Source: Nitrososphaeraceae archaeon
GTDB lineage: Archaea; Thermoproteota; Nitrososphaeria; Nitrososphaerales; Nitrososphaeraceae
Direction of reading: 5' to 3'
NCBI GenBank assembly: GCA_044870765.1
Contig: JBIOZG010000017.1
Span: 9,628 to 73,627, forward strand
DNA: 64,000 nucleotides
The translations under genes and the position numbers were made by a program. Each line of letters begins with the position of its first letter. Position 1 is the first letter of the stretch. Shown piece after piece: positions 30,187-42,113 of the stretch. The notes below the pieces were generated by a model. That model made no database searches. It was not told where the DNA came from and saw nothing but the letters and a program-made list of their open reading frames with translations.

Positions 30187-31281
30187 TTAATGATTTTTAT
30201 TTAATAATTTTTTATTTTTCAGGTACTCTCTTTTCATTTCCTCCACCCACTTATTTTTCTTTGAGTATAATTTCTTACCGGGACGTTTCTTGCATTCAGA
30301 TAAAACGTAAGAGGAAATAATCGGAAAGCAAATTGAAGAGTCTCCATAAACTATTACGTTGTTTTTATGAGAGGTCTTTATTTTTCCCCAACTTTTCCCT
30401 TCTTGTATTGTTGCTCCAGATAAGCCTCCTGTGTCAGGCCGGGCATCGGTTATCTGTATTACATAGTCGTGCCCTCCGTCTTTTAGTTTTAATATTTGGT
30501 ATAAGGCTGGTCCTGTTTGTTGGAAAAAATTCTTTGGAACTCCACCGCCCAATTCAATACCCCCTGAAGCTTTACTTTTCCACAGTATCGCTGTTGATTC
30601 AGCTATATCCAACATAACGTTTGGAAAGGTTTTGACGTCTTCAAATATCAAAGGTAGCATATTGAGTCCAATAGAAGAATCACTAATTGCTGGAATGAAA
30701 ACGGGTATGTCATTTTTATATGCCGAAACAAGGAATGATTTATTGGGATATTTTGAATTTTCATACGCCGCCTTGCCAAGTTCATAAGACATGTCTGCCG
30801 TAGAGTACCATTCAGAATAATTGTTGCTTTCAATATTCTTAATTTCTCTCTGAACGATAATGTCCTGTGCCTGTAGAGTTCCTATTTCCTTTATATATAC
30901 ATCATAAATACGTACGATCTGCTTTGCGTAAAGCAGATCATCATCAACTTGAAAATGGCCTTGCCTGACGGGAAGACCATAGGCAAAATGGAGATCATGG
31001 TAGACATTGGCGCCAGTTGTTACTATCCAATCTACAAAACCATTCTCGATAAGAGTTTTGATCGTATTCCCCATTCCTATTGGTGTTAATGCTCCCGCGA
31101 GCGTCAAGCAAGTTGTACATCTATTATCAATCATTTCTTTCATTATGATTGCTGCTTCGAAAAGTCGTCTCGCATTGTACCCTGTTGATCCAAAAAAATG
31201 AACCAACTGCGATATTGTCATATTTTTAGAAATAATTGGAGGGTCAATCTTTTTCCCTGTAAATGAATGTGCGCCGTTCAC
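30187..31281 (-). CDS. deoxyhypusine synthase-family protein (SpeY/homospermidine synthase-like)
   Basis: TTGANVYHDLH, VRIYDV, DSSIG, GGGVPKNF, DTGGLSGAT, SWGK. Confidence 0.85.
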   Translation of the reverse strand: MNGAHSFTGKKIDPPIISKNMTISQLVHFFGSTGYNARRLFEAAIIMKEMIDNRCTTCLTLAGALTPIGMGNTIKTLIENGFVDWIVTTGANVYHDLHFAYGLPVRQGHFQVDDDLLYAKQIVRIYDVYIKEIGTLQAQDIIVQREIKNIESNNYSEWYSTADMSYELGKAAYENSKYPNKSFLVSAYKNDIPVFIPAISDSSIGLNMLPLIFEDVKTFPNVMLDIAESTAILWKSKASGGIELGGGVPKNFFQQTGPALYQILKLKDGGHDYVIQITDARPDTGGLSGATIQEGKSWGKIKTSHKNNVIVYGDSSICFPIISSYVLSECKKRPGKKLYSKKNKWVEEMKREYLKNKKLLNKNH

Positions 31282-31371
31282 CCATTAGGATACAGAAAAG
31301 GTATTAAAAATTTTATCTAAAGTGAACTTGATTTTTTGTGAACCGCTAGATATGTTTATTTGCCATAAAAA

Positions 31372-31965
31372 TTAGCGTATTAATTTAAGAGAACTAGTTC
31401 CGTAATCACTTGCTATTCTCTTTTCTTCATATGAGCTACATTCTATGCATTTTATGCCATTGTTAATTTTGACCGTGTCACCACCACAATTCAGACACAA
31501 AGAGTATAATAAACCAAAATTAGTTCCATCTACAGCAAGATGTATCGAGGAATTCATAAGACTGGTAATTTGACCGCGGATAATATCACCATATCTGTAT
31601 ATAGATTTTGGTTTTCTATTGTATCGATCTCGATTCCATCCTTTATTATTTCCAGTTCTCGCCGATGCAATGGCAGATAAACCTGACTTATACAACTTGT
31701 TGTTTATGGAAAATAGCTTTACTGAAATCATAGAACCAAATAACATTTCCACATATCCCATAACAATATCTCCTATCTTGGGTATTTCTAGCGAATTTAC
31801 CGCATCTATCTTAATTGCCCTTCTTTTAAAATCATATTCCTTTTTACCCATAGCACTTGATCTAATAGTTCCATTAAGTGTGAAAGTATTATTTCCACCC
31901 TGGAATTCTTCAATCTCTGCTATGTATTCGCCCGGGAATACCATTCCGGATGTCTTTTTTTTCAT
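31372..31965 (-). CDS. csl4: exosome complex component Csl4
   Basis: VFPGEYIAEIEEF, PKIGDIVMG S1 domain, GDIIRG, C-terminal CLNC..CIEC..EKRIA. Confidence 0.9.
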   Translation of the reverse strand: MKKKTSGMVFPGEYIAEIEEFQGGNNTFTLNGTIRSSAMGKKEYDFKRRAIKIDAVNSLEIPKIGDIVMGYVEMLFGSMISVKLFSINNKLYKSGLSAIASARTGNNKGWNRDRYNRKPKSIYRYGDIIRGQITSLMNSSIHLAVDGTNFGLLYSLCLNCGGDTVKINNGIKCIECSSYEEKRIASDYGTSSLKLIR

Positions 31966-32045
31966 ATCAAGGATATGACATAGAAGTAGTTATAATTGTT
32001 ACACGAATACGAATAGGTCATCGAAACCTGTCCTTGTATCTATAT

Positions 32046-32417
32046 CTAGCCTTTGCTGAAGCCAAATGCAAACCCAGCCGCAAAACCTCCAGTGAGTGGA
32101 ATACCAGAATTTGATATTGCGTCAAAAATCTGGTCGCTGATACCAGGAAAGAATGGTGTATTCAGATTAAGCCCGTTAAAATTAGTCATTGCAGATCCAA
32201 AAGTTTCTTGCAACTTTGGCCAATCTAGCGCAATTAAACCATTGTATTGAAGATAGTACAAGAGGCCTACTAATAATCCGGAAACTATGATGATTATTTT
32301 TAATATTTTCTTTATGGCGTAACCCATCAAGAAGCCCAAAAATCCCCCTATTCCTACAGAGGTAGCTAATCCTCCTATTCCTATTGAGGTAGCTAGAGAG
32401 CTAAAATCAACAAACAT
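32046..32417 (-). CDS. FUN14 family membrane protein
   Basis: GGFLGFLMGYAIKKILK...LQYNGLI...GFAAGFAFG. Confidence 0.88.
   Translation of the reverse strand: MFVDFSSLATSIGIGGLATSVGIGGFLGFLMGYAIKKILKIIIIVSGLLVGLLYYLQYNGLIALDWPKLQETFGSAMTNFNGLNLNTPFFPGISDQIFDAISNSGIPLTGGFAAGFAFGFSKG
32341..32394. repeat. 27-bp in-frame tandem duplication in the FUN14 gene
   Basis: 32341-32367 and 32368-32394 are 24/27 identical; encodes LATSIGIGG/LATSVGIGG. Confidence 0.8.
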
Positions 32418-32645
32418 CCCAATGAATTATCCCAGAGCCACAAATATATGCAATATAGACATTTCTCATCAATTCTTTTAACTGCAAATAGTTATGGCTT
32501 CTTTTCGTGCAATCTAAATAGTAATAATATTTAGATTAGATTAAGCTAGTAGATATTTATGGAAAAAATCTTTGAACCAGTCCAATTTTAGACGCTTTTT
32601 TGGCCGATCAAACAATCTATTAATAACCTTCTTTTATTTCTTAAT

Positions 32646-33368
32646 GTGAAATTCATAGAATGGTTTCCTTTTTATCAGCAAATTAGAACCGAGTTTGGAT
32701 ATAGCACCGAAAAAGATCAAAAAGCGGCTGAAATGCTAAGCAATATGATAAAGGACAAGGCCTTACTGGTGTCTAAAATCCAAAAGAAGATTCAAGGAAA
32801 GCACGTGCTTGTTATTGGAGCAGGTCCTAGCCTGGAAAAAAATATCGAGTTTATCAAGAAGAATAAAAAATACATAAGGATTGCCGCAGATGGTGTGGCA
32901 GAGATTTTATTGAATAGCAAGATAAGGCCGGATATAGTAGTATCGGATCTTGATGGAAATCCAAAGTACCTAAGAATGGCAGAAAAAATGGGAGCGATAA
33001 TGGTTATCCACGCCCATGGAGATAATATGGAAAATCTACAAAAAATTGTTCCTAAATTTAGAAAACTAATAGGTACGACTCAGGTAATGCCAACAGAGAA
33101 TGTGTATAATTTTGGAGGATTTACTGACGGCGACAGGAGTGTGTTTTTGGCTGAAGAAATGAAGGCAAAGAGTATTACTTTAGTAGGTATGGATCTAGAT
33201 AATAAGCCAAGAAAATTTGCAGCAAGCGATCAAGATAGCCAAATAGACATTAAAAGAAAGAAGTTAAAGACTGCGAAAAAATTGCTTGAAATGTTAGGAA
33301 AGCAATCTAAATCTAAATTGATAAACAAGTCAAATACAAGAATTAAAGGTATAAAGTCTGACCCATGA
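32646..33368 (+). CDS. mptE: 6-hydroxymethyl-7,8-dihydropterin pyrophosphokinase (MptE/DUF115)
   Basis: IGAGPSL, IAADG, VSDLDG, HAHGDN, NFGGFTDGDR. Confidence 0.9.
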   Translation: MKFIEWFPFYQQIRTEFGYSTEKDQKAAEMLSNMIKDKALLVSKIQKKIQGKHVLVIGAGPSLEKNIEFIKKNKKYIRIAADGVAEILLNSKIRPDIVVSDLDGNPKYLRMAEKMGAIMVIHAHGDNMENLQKIVPKFRKLIGTTQVMPTENVYNFGGFTDGDRSVFLAEEMKAKSITLVGMDLDNKPRKFAASDQDSQIDIKRKKLKTAKKLLEMLGKQSKSKLINKSNTRIKGIKSDP

Positions 33369-33472
33369 GAGCTTCATTTAGATTTTCCCAATTAGCATGA
33401 CAACTTGAACATATTAGTCACTTGCAAATATGTGAAAAACTATTATATGTTTTTGATACATTGAATCCTGTC

Positions 33473-34156
33473 ATGTCTGGTTTTTCAGAAGAGGATATTC
33501 GTCGGGCTGCAGAAGTGCGAGAATGGTTGATTAAAGAGGTTACCAATAAGAAAGAGGAACTCGACAAGCTTCGTGATACGCTTTCGATCGTCGATTCTTT
33601 GCTAAAAAAAACTAGCTTCATAACCGCATCAAGTCTCGAATCTTCTGGTACTAATTTGACGGATAAAATTAATACAGAGTACGAATCAAGTCATAAAGAA
33701 GAAATCCCAAGAAGCAGACCTGGTTTAGAGTCAACGACCAAATCAACAGATGCAGACTATGATAATCATGATGATGTTAATGACGATAGCAATCAGACTG
33801 TAGAGACTAGAGCCTTAAAGCGTGTAAAAGATAACTTTCTCATATCTAATGCTGAATACACTTCGACATATGTAAGGATACCTTTGGTAGATGATATCAA
33901 TCTAAATATTAACACACCACCGTTCAAGTCATTCTTCCTAAATCGCATCTTGGAAGGTATGAGGACGAAAGACAAAGAAAAGAACCAAAAAGGCGAAATC
34001 AATGCATCCGAAGTCATCGATTACAAAGTAGATAGCGATCAAGATGGAAATCTCAGCAGCGTTACAATTACAAACTATAGAGAAAAAGAACGGCTTAATG
34101 AAATTTTTAATACAGCAACTTGGGTGTTTTCAAGAATGTTAGAAAAAGGAAATTAA
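33473..34156 (+). CDS. conserved hypothetical protein (coiled-coil N-terminus)
   Basis: ATG at 33473 follows a TATA-like TTATAT; PPFKSFF...NY..ERLNEI..W motif; 1 bp from guaA. Confidence 0.75.
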   Translation: MSGFSEEDIRRAAEVREWLIKEVTNKKEELDKLRDTLSIVDSLLKKTSFITASSLESSGTNLTDKINTEYESSHKEEIPRSRPGLESTTKSTDADYDNHDDVNDDSNQTVETRALKRVKDNFLISNAEYTSTYVRIPLVDDINLNINTPPFKSFFLNRILEGMRTKDKEKNQKGEINASEVIDYKVDSDQDGNLSSVTITNYREKERLNEIFNTATWVFSRMLEKGN

Positions 34157-34157
34157 A

Positions 34158-35696
34158 GTGGTTATGGATAAGATTATCGTACTTGATTTCGGATCTCAAT
34201 ACAGCCACCTAATTTGCAGACGTATTCGAGAGTCAAATGTATACTGTGAACTTTTACCATATAACTCACCTATCAGCTTGATTGAGAAGTTGGAGCCAAA
34301 AGGAATTGTACTATCTGGCGGTCCTTCCAGTGTATATCTGAATGGTTCTCCAAAACCAGACAAGAAGATTTTTGAAATGGGAATTCCTGTTTTGGGAATC
34401 TGCTACGGTCACCAACTTATTGTCGATAAATTTGATGGAAAAATAAAACGATTTGACAACAAGGAATATGGATATGCTGACTTGGTCATTGACGATAATT
34501 CAGACTTGTTTAAAGGTATAAATAAGAAAATAAAATGTTGGATGAGCCACGCTGATGCAGCCGAAAAAATCCCAACAAATTTTGAGATCTTGGCTCATAC
34601 TGATAACTCCCTTTCGGCCGCGATAGCGAATCGGGATAGAAAATTTTATGGAATTCAGTTCCATCCAGAGGTATCACATACAGAAGAAGGAAATAGGATT
34701 CTAACAAATTTTTCACAGACCATAAGTAATGCAAAACCAGATTGGACAATGCAAAGCTTTATTGAATTTTCCATAAAGGATATTAGAAGCAAAGTACGCG
34801 ATGACAGAGTATTATGCGCCATCTCCGGCGGAATTGATTCGACTACTTTGGCTGTTCTGCTAAATAGGTCGATAAGTAAGAATTTGACTTGTGTTTTTGT
34901 AAACAATGGATTATTAAGATTAAATGAAGAAACTTTAGTTCCTGAATTAATAAACAAACACCTAGGTATTAGCACTATTACTATTAATGCCGAGGACCGA
35001 TTTTTATCAAAGTTAAGAAGAATAAGTGAACCCGAACAAAAGAGAAAAATTATCGGAGAGGAATTTGCTCAAGTCTTTTTGGAGGTAACAAAAAAATATG
35101 GACCGTTTCAGTGGCTCGCACAGGGCACCCTTTATCCGGACGTAATTGAAAGTGGTTTCTCAAAGGGTCCTGCCGCAGTTATTAAGACGCATCATAACGT
35201 TGGTGGATTACCGGAATGGCTTGATTTGAAGGTATTAGAACCATTTAGGAGTTTGTACAAGGATGAAGTAAGACAAATTGCCGCTCTGTTAAATATCCCT
35301 AATGAATTTTTGAAAAGGCATCCTTTTCCAGGGCCAGGATTGGCGGTGAGAATTATTGGTGAAGTGACAGACGACAAACTTAGAATCGCTAGATATGCTA
35401 GCAGTATTGTAGAAGATGAATTGCTAATTTCTGGTTGGTATGATAAGGTGTGGCAAGCATATGCTGCAGTTGGGGACGACTTGGCAGTAGGCGTCCTCGG
35501 TGATGAACGAGTATATGGTCATATGGTTACAATAAGGATTGTAGAATCTTTAGATGCTATGACAGCTGATTGGTCAAGAATACCTTATGATCTGATATCA
35601 AAAATTAGTAACAGAATAACTAATGAAGTTAATGGAGTAACTTGGGTTACGTACTCGGTATCAAGTAAACCACCAGCCACTATTGAACCGCAATAA
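34158..35696 (+). CDS. guaA: GMP synthase (glutamine-hydrolysing)
   Basis: LDFGSQY, GICYGHQ, QFHPEV, SGGIDS, HPFPGPGLAVR, KPPATIE. Confidence 0.97.
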   Translation: MVMDKIIVLDFGSQYSHLICRRIRESNVYCELLPYNSPISLIEKLEPKGIVLSGGPSSVYLNGSPKPDKKIFEMGIPVLGICYGHQLIVDKFDGKIKRFDNKEYGYADLVIDDNSDLFKGINKKIKCWMSHADAAEKIPTNFEILAHTDNSLSAAIANRDRKFYGIQFHPEVSHTEEGNRILTNFSQTISNAKPDWTMQSFIEFSIKDIRSKVRDDRVLCAISGGIDSTTLAVLLNRSISKNLTCVFVNNGLLRLNEETLVPELINKHLGISTITINAEDRFLSKLRRISEPEQKRKIIGEEFAQVFLEVTKKYGPFQWLAQGTLYPDVIESGFSKGPAAVIKTHHNVGGLPEWLDLKVLEPFRSLYKDEVRQIAALLNIPNEFLKRHPFPGPGLAVRIIGEVTDDKLRIARYASSIVEDELLISGWYDKVWQAYAAVGDDLAVGVLGDERVYGHMVTIRIVESLDAMTADWSRIPYDLISKISNRITNEVNGVTWVTYSVSSKPPATIEPQ

Positions 35697-35697
35697 C

Positions 35698-36738
35698 CTA
35701 CCGACTCTTTGTTCTAATGAATTGCATTGTTTCTACCATCGTAGGAGGTTCAAATTCACTTCTTCCAATATACAATGAGGCATATGCATTTGAAAATGTT
35801 AATCTTTCCCACGGTTCAAGACCTGCAAAATACCCAGCGAGATCTGCGGCATCCCAACAGTCACCAGATCCCGTTAGTTTCTTGGCATTGGTGTAAAACG
35901 ATTCTGCAAATATTACTTCCTTACCATCAGACCATGCAGATCCGATCCTAGTATGAAGATCGATCTTTAGGTCAAACTCAGAAGACAATAATTTTGCACA
36001 TTTTTTTACACTATCGGCATCAGACTGTCCTATAGACGCTCTAGAATCAAGATTACATGCTTTTAGAAGTGAATTACATTCATTTTCGTTAATGCTTAGC
36101 ACGTCTATTACTTGATGAAGCTCCCTTAGCATGTCTCTAAATTCTTCTTTTCTGGTTTCTATATCCGCTGGGTCTAAGAAATGAAAAGCCTTGGGTGAAT
36201 TACTAAAAAGGTGCTGAGCTAAATCGGTCCCTTTAAGGTTACTCCCCCAATTAGTCAGGACAATGGCTTTTGCAGAATTAATTGTATCCAGATCGGACGG
36301 TTGACTAATCAGATCAGGACCAAAATTCTTATTATCACCAACATCACTTATCATTACATTGGCAAATGATTTTTCATTGTCATGAAATTCAAACGATGTA
36401 GTAGACCCATGTTTACCATTTTTTATTTCCAAATCAACGCTTTTTCCAAACCTCGAGAAGACCGTACGGAGTACTGATTTGCCAAAATCGTCTGCAATGG
36501 TAAATAGTTTGACAGACAATCCCAATTTAGCCAAACAGTATGCAACATTAACAGCATTTCCCCCTTTAATATCAAAAGTATCCGCCCCCCTTATACTTCC
36601 TCCTCCGATTGTTGTCTTGCTATTGATCATTCTAAAAAGCTCATCTTTGGAATCTATCTTAATGATCCTATCCAAGAAAAAATCCGGAAGTACAACTACT
36701 TTTTGATCAATGTTAAGCTGTTCTAATTTTTCGAACAT
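35698..36738 (-). CDS. PfkB family carbohydrate kinase
   Basis: GGNAVNVA, INENE, TGSGDCW. Confidence 0.85.
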   Translation of the reverse strand: MFEKLEQLNIDQKVVVLPDFFLDRIIKIDSKDELFRMINSKTTIGGGSIRGADTFDIKGGNAVNVAYCLAKLGLSVKLFTIADDFGKSVLRTVFSRFGKSVDLEIKNGKHGSTTSFEFHDNEKSFANVMISDVGDNKNFGPDLISQPSDLDTINSAKAIVLTNWGSNLKGTDLAQHLFSNSPKAFHFLDPADIETRKEEFRDMLRELHQVIDVLSINENECNSLLKACNLDSRASIGQSDADSVKKCAKLLSSEFDLKIDLHTRIGSAWSDGKEVIFAESFYTNAKKLTGSGDCWDAADLAGYFAGLEPWERLTFSNAYASLYIGRSEFEPPTMVETMQFIRTKSR

Positions 36739-36852
36739 TTACTAAAATGAGTATATGCACAGGTCTTTATTTAAAATGTCTCAATACTCAAAAAAGAAGA
36801 TAAATAATTCTTGAATTGTTTTTAAAAATTTGATATGAAGATAGAGTTATAC

Positions 36853-38568
<1,716 letters not shown>

Positions 38569-38857
38569 CTTAATAGAATACCATAGATTTTATCATGCCT
38601 CTTTTATAGTTTTAGAAAAAATGAATTCAGTTACAATAATGAACCCAATAGATGATGACAGTTCAGTTTATATTAATTGAAAACTCCAAGTCCAAGTCCA
38701 TAACTTGAATTTTTTTTGTCACAGGAAATTTGGATGGCACAGGATATGTATCAAGTATTTCTGATCTAGTATCTTATTTTATTTTCTTCCTTAGTAGGAA
38801 AAAGGCACAACTGAATATCTCCAAACTAATTCATGTTTAAATAAATGAGCATTCATA

Positions 38858-39778
38858 TTGCCTCTAACCATAAATCTGTCGGGGTACATACTATTGATTC
38901 CACAAGTTACTGTAACTGATCGGTTAAAGAATTATTATGAACTTACAAAGCCGAAAATTTGGTATCTCTTAGTTTTTACTGCTTTTGGTTCAGCCATAAC
39001 AGCTTCGTATTCGACAGACACTTTTCTGTCACCGCTTCAGTGGGTCTTTCTTCTTGTCGGTATAGTTACTGGATCTGCAGCTGCAGATGCCTTAACAGGG
39101 TACAATGATCGTGATATAGATGCCATTATGGATAGAACTAAGGCTCGTCCTATTCCATCGGGAAGAATTTCACCTAGGAATGCGCTTATTTTTGGTTTGC
39201 TCTTGGCCGCTATTTCGTTATTTTGTGCCTGGTCGATAAATTACATAACTTTAGGACTCATGGCGTTCGGTCTTTTCGATAATATTATAGTATACAGTAA
39301 ATGGCTAAAAAGAAAGAGTCAAAGCAACATTATCCTTGGAGGATTCTCTGGTGGTGTCCCAGCATTAATAGGATATGTAGCGGTCACGACAGAACACCTA
39401 GAAATAGGATTAGCAATGGCAGCCTTAGTTTTCCTATGGATACCAACGCATATTTGGAGCTTAGCATTGCATGTAAGGAAAGATTATACAAAAGCTGGTG
39501 TTCCCATGTTGCCTGTCGTTGCCGGCGAGAAGAGATCTGTTCAAGTTATAGCCGGTACAACTCTTTTGATGGTAGTATTTAGCATAATACCTTTCTTGAA
39601 TCAGTTTGGGTTGATTTACTTTATTACTGCCATCTCAGGAGGAATTATTATGATAGTCACCTCACTCTGGCTACTGGTGAAACCAAGCGAGAAGGCTTCG
39701 TGGTTGCTATTCAAAATTTCCAGTCCCTATCTGACGGCACTATTTGTTGCATTCATGGTAGATGCGATATTTCATTAA
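38858..39778 (+). CDS. ctaB: protoheme IX farnesyltransferase (heme O synthase)
   Basis: LTKPKI, DRDIDAIMDRTKARPIPSGRI, YSKWLKR, DYTKAGVPMLPV. Confidence 0.93.
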   Translation: MPLTINLSGYILLIPQVTVTDRLKNYYELTKPKIWYLLVFTAFGSAITASYSTDTFLSPLQWVFLLVGIVTGSAAADALTGYNDRDIDAIMDRTKARPIPSGRISPRNALIFGLLLAAISLFCAWSINYITLGLMAFGLFDNIIVYSKWLKRKSQSNIILGGFSGGVPALIGYVAVTTEHLEIGLAMAALVFLWIPTHIWSLALHVRKDYTKAGVPMLPVVAGEKRSVQVIAGTTLLMVVFSIIPFLNQFGLIYFITAISGGIIMIVTSLWLLVKPSEKASWLLFKISSPYLTALFVAFMVDAIFH

Positions 39779-40458
39779 CCGTAATTTTCACACTCGTACA
39801 ATAATCTTGCTATAACCACGTGGGATTCCAAACTAAAAGGACTAATGGAATAAACACTGTTGCATAGTCGAGTAATTGATTCCGAGAAATGTCCCCGTTG
39901 GAAGCCTCCTACCACAAAACAGTAATCCTTTGGATAATTAGATTCGTTATTATGCAAAATATCGCTTAATTTGGTTCTTGTTCCCGTTACAGATAACCCA
40001 ATTATTAGTTGAGGTTTGATTATTTTCTGCACTAGATCAGTAAAACTCACATTCTCTCTAAACTCTATTAAATCTGATCCCTCCTTACTCCTGTGTTTAT
40101 TAAAAATACTGATCATTAGTCTTTCAAATCTGAGATAATTCTTTGGTAATCTCAAATCTTGATGCAGAATTAGTAACTTGTTGTCAAACGTAGATACGTA
40201 AACTTGCAATTTTTTCTCCTTAAATAGAGGGGTCGATAGGGCTTCAACCAGATCGAAATGTACTATGTCCGGTCTACCTCGTTTCCACCATTGCTTAATG
40301 TTTTGTTCCACCATAGCTCTATGATGATAACTAATGTCAAGGAGAATTTCGCTAGAATCTCTGCCTACTCTTTTGCAATGGTTCTTCACAGAGGGATGGT
40401 TTCTGAGTGTTTGTGGTACCAGTTCTATTGCTGCTTCAACAATCACGAGTGAATACAA
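39775..40458 (-). CDS. nep1: Nep1/EMG1 rRNA pseudouridine methyltransferase
   Basis: EAAIELVP, LLDISYH, RGRPDIVH, RLPKNYLRF, VGGFQRGHF. Confidence 0.92.
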   Translation of the reverse strand: MYSLVIVEAAIELVPQTLRNHPSVKNHCKRVGRDSSEILLDISYHHRAMVEQNIKQWWKRGRPDIVHFDLVEALSTPLFKEKKLQVYVSTFDNKLLILHQDLRLPKNYLRFERLMISIFNKHRSKEGSDLIEFRENVSFTDLVQKIIKPQLIIGLSVTGTRTKLSDILHNNESNYPKDYCFVVGGFQRGHFSESITRLCNSVYSISPFSLESHVVIARLLYECENYG

Positions 40459-40564
40459 TCAAATTAACAGAATTCGTATCGAAATATTAAATTTATTTCA
40501 TAGCATTTTAATGGAAGACGAGAACCAATATCTAGTCAAGATAATTAGTGTGGGTTGAATTGTA

Positions 40565-40870
40565 TTGAATAAGAAGAATATTGAAAGAATAGCGACTGAA
40601 AGAATAGAAATATTGATTGATAATGCTTTGAACGAAATAAATCGCGATGAAAAATTATCTCAGACGTATGCAAAGCTTGCTCTAAAAATCGGAATGCGTG
40701 TTAGAGTAAGAATGCCGTATTCTATCCGCCAACTATTTTGTAGAAAATGTAAACAATTCATAGTTCCTGGAGTTAATTCAAGAATAAGAATTGGTAGAAC
40801 CAGGGAAAAATATATTAGAATTACCTGTATGAAATGCAATCATGTTTATCGAAAAATAATTGCGGTTTAA
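40565..40870 (+). CDS. rnp4: ribonuclease P protein component 4 (Rpp21)
   Basis: IATERIEIL, FCRKC...PG...RIRI...CMKC. Confidence 0.93.
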   Translation: MNKKNIERIATERIEILIDNALNEINRDEKLSQTYAKLALKIGMRVRVRMPYSIRQLFCRKCKQFIVPGVNSRIRIGRTREKYIRITCMKCNHVYRKIIAV

Positions 40871-41143
40871 GTTCATGGAATAAGTTTCGTTTCACTGGAA
40901 GCCGGGAAATTCAGAATAACTGCACTTATTTTCTTTACTGCCTTAAAGATTATCAATATATTCATACCGCTCTATTAATAATCTGAACTTAGCATTTTAT
41001 TGAAAAACTGACTATATATATGGAGATTATTTGTCTGTCAGCGGTCTAAAATTCTGATTAATTACGGAGCTGTCTTTTGGATATGTGATGAAATTTGAAT
41101 AAAATGATTTATAAGGGAATTTCCAAGAATGTTATAGAATCTT

Positions 41144-41596
41144 ATGGCTAAGGCTTATGATATTCCTGCCGATGATCTAATCTCTCATTTGGCAGAAAAT
41201 TTGAAAAAGGATAAAAAAATTGAGGCTCCCCAGTGGTCCCAATTCGTAAAGACAGGCTCTCATGTAGAAAAAATTCCACAGAATAGAGATTGGTGGTATA
41301 TCAGGTGTGCATCGTTGTTAAGGAAAGTGTACATTAACGGTCCTATTGGTATTTCTAATCTTAGAAGCGAGTACGGAGGTAAGAAGCAAGCTGGATACAA
41401 TATCGCACATCACAAGAAAGCTGGTGGTGCCATTGTAAGAAAGGCTTTGCAACAGTTGGAAGTTGCTGGCTATATAACGAAAAAAAGCAAGGGTAGAGCA
41501 ATCTCTGACGAAGGGATGAAAAAGGTCGACAGAATGGCTACAGAAATATACAAGAATCTCGCAAACTCAAGACCAGAGCTCCAAAGATACGGCTAG
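41144..41596 (+). CDS. rps19e: 30S ribosomal protein S19e
   Basis: PQWSQFVKTG, DWWYIRCASLLRKVY, RKALQQLE. Confidence 0.97.
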   Translation: MAKAYDIPADDLISHLAENLKKDKKIEAPQWSQFVKTGSHVEKIPQNRDWWYIRCASLLRKVYINGPIGISNLRSEYGGKKQAGYNIAHHKKAGGAIVRKALQQLEVAGYITKKSKGRAISDEGMKKVDRMATEIYKNLANSRPELQRYG

Positions 41597-41618
41597 TAAT
41601 TATTAATTGTGGCTATAA

Positions 41619-41900
41619 ATGTCTGTTTCACCATCAGATAATCCCGAAGAGGCAAAGCGGCGTGAGGCCGAAGTAATGATGAGACAAAAAGCACTAATGG
41701 TCTTGCTAGACCAGGATGCAAGACAAAGGCTTATGAACATCAGGATGGTAAAACCCGAACTAGCAATGGCAGTAGAAAATTATCTAATTACAGCAGCTTC
41801 TTCCGGAAAATTGAACAGGGCTTTATCAGATGAAGAATTAAAGCAGCTTTTGATAAACCTCCAGCAGCCCAAAAAGCAATTTAGAATAAATCGTAGTTGA
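41619..41900 (+). CDS. PDCD5-family dsDNA-binding protein
   Basis: ARQRLMNIRMVKPELAMAVENYLI; conserved position after rps19e. Confidence 0.92.
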   Translation: MSVSPSDNPEEAKRREAEVMMRQKALMVLLDQDARQRLMNIRMVKPELAMAVENYLITAASSGKLNRALSDEELKQLLINLQQPKKQFRINRS

Positions 41901-42113
41901 TTTTCAATATTTTTTGATGTCTATCGTCTTTTAGACAAGATGACGGTCATCAAATTAGTCAAAAATTCAAAAATAACAAGTTCAACTGTCATACTGTAAC
42001 ATGTGAGTTATCTGTGGAACTATGCACTTGAACTAGTCAATTCCGCATAGCAATTTAGAAAGTCTATGCTAAAAGAAATAACTATATTAGTCTAAGAACT
42101 TTTCAAAAAATTC

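Noticed and set aside
38648-38768. Possible C/D box sRNA (ATGATGA at 38652, CTGA at 38761)
   Set aside because: About 110 nt, roughly twice the usual archaeal length, with no convincing C'/D' boxes
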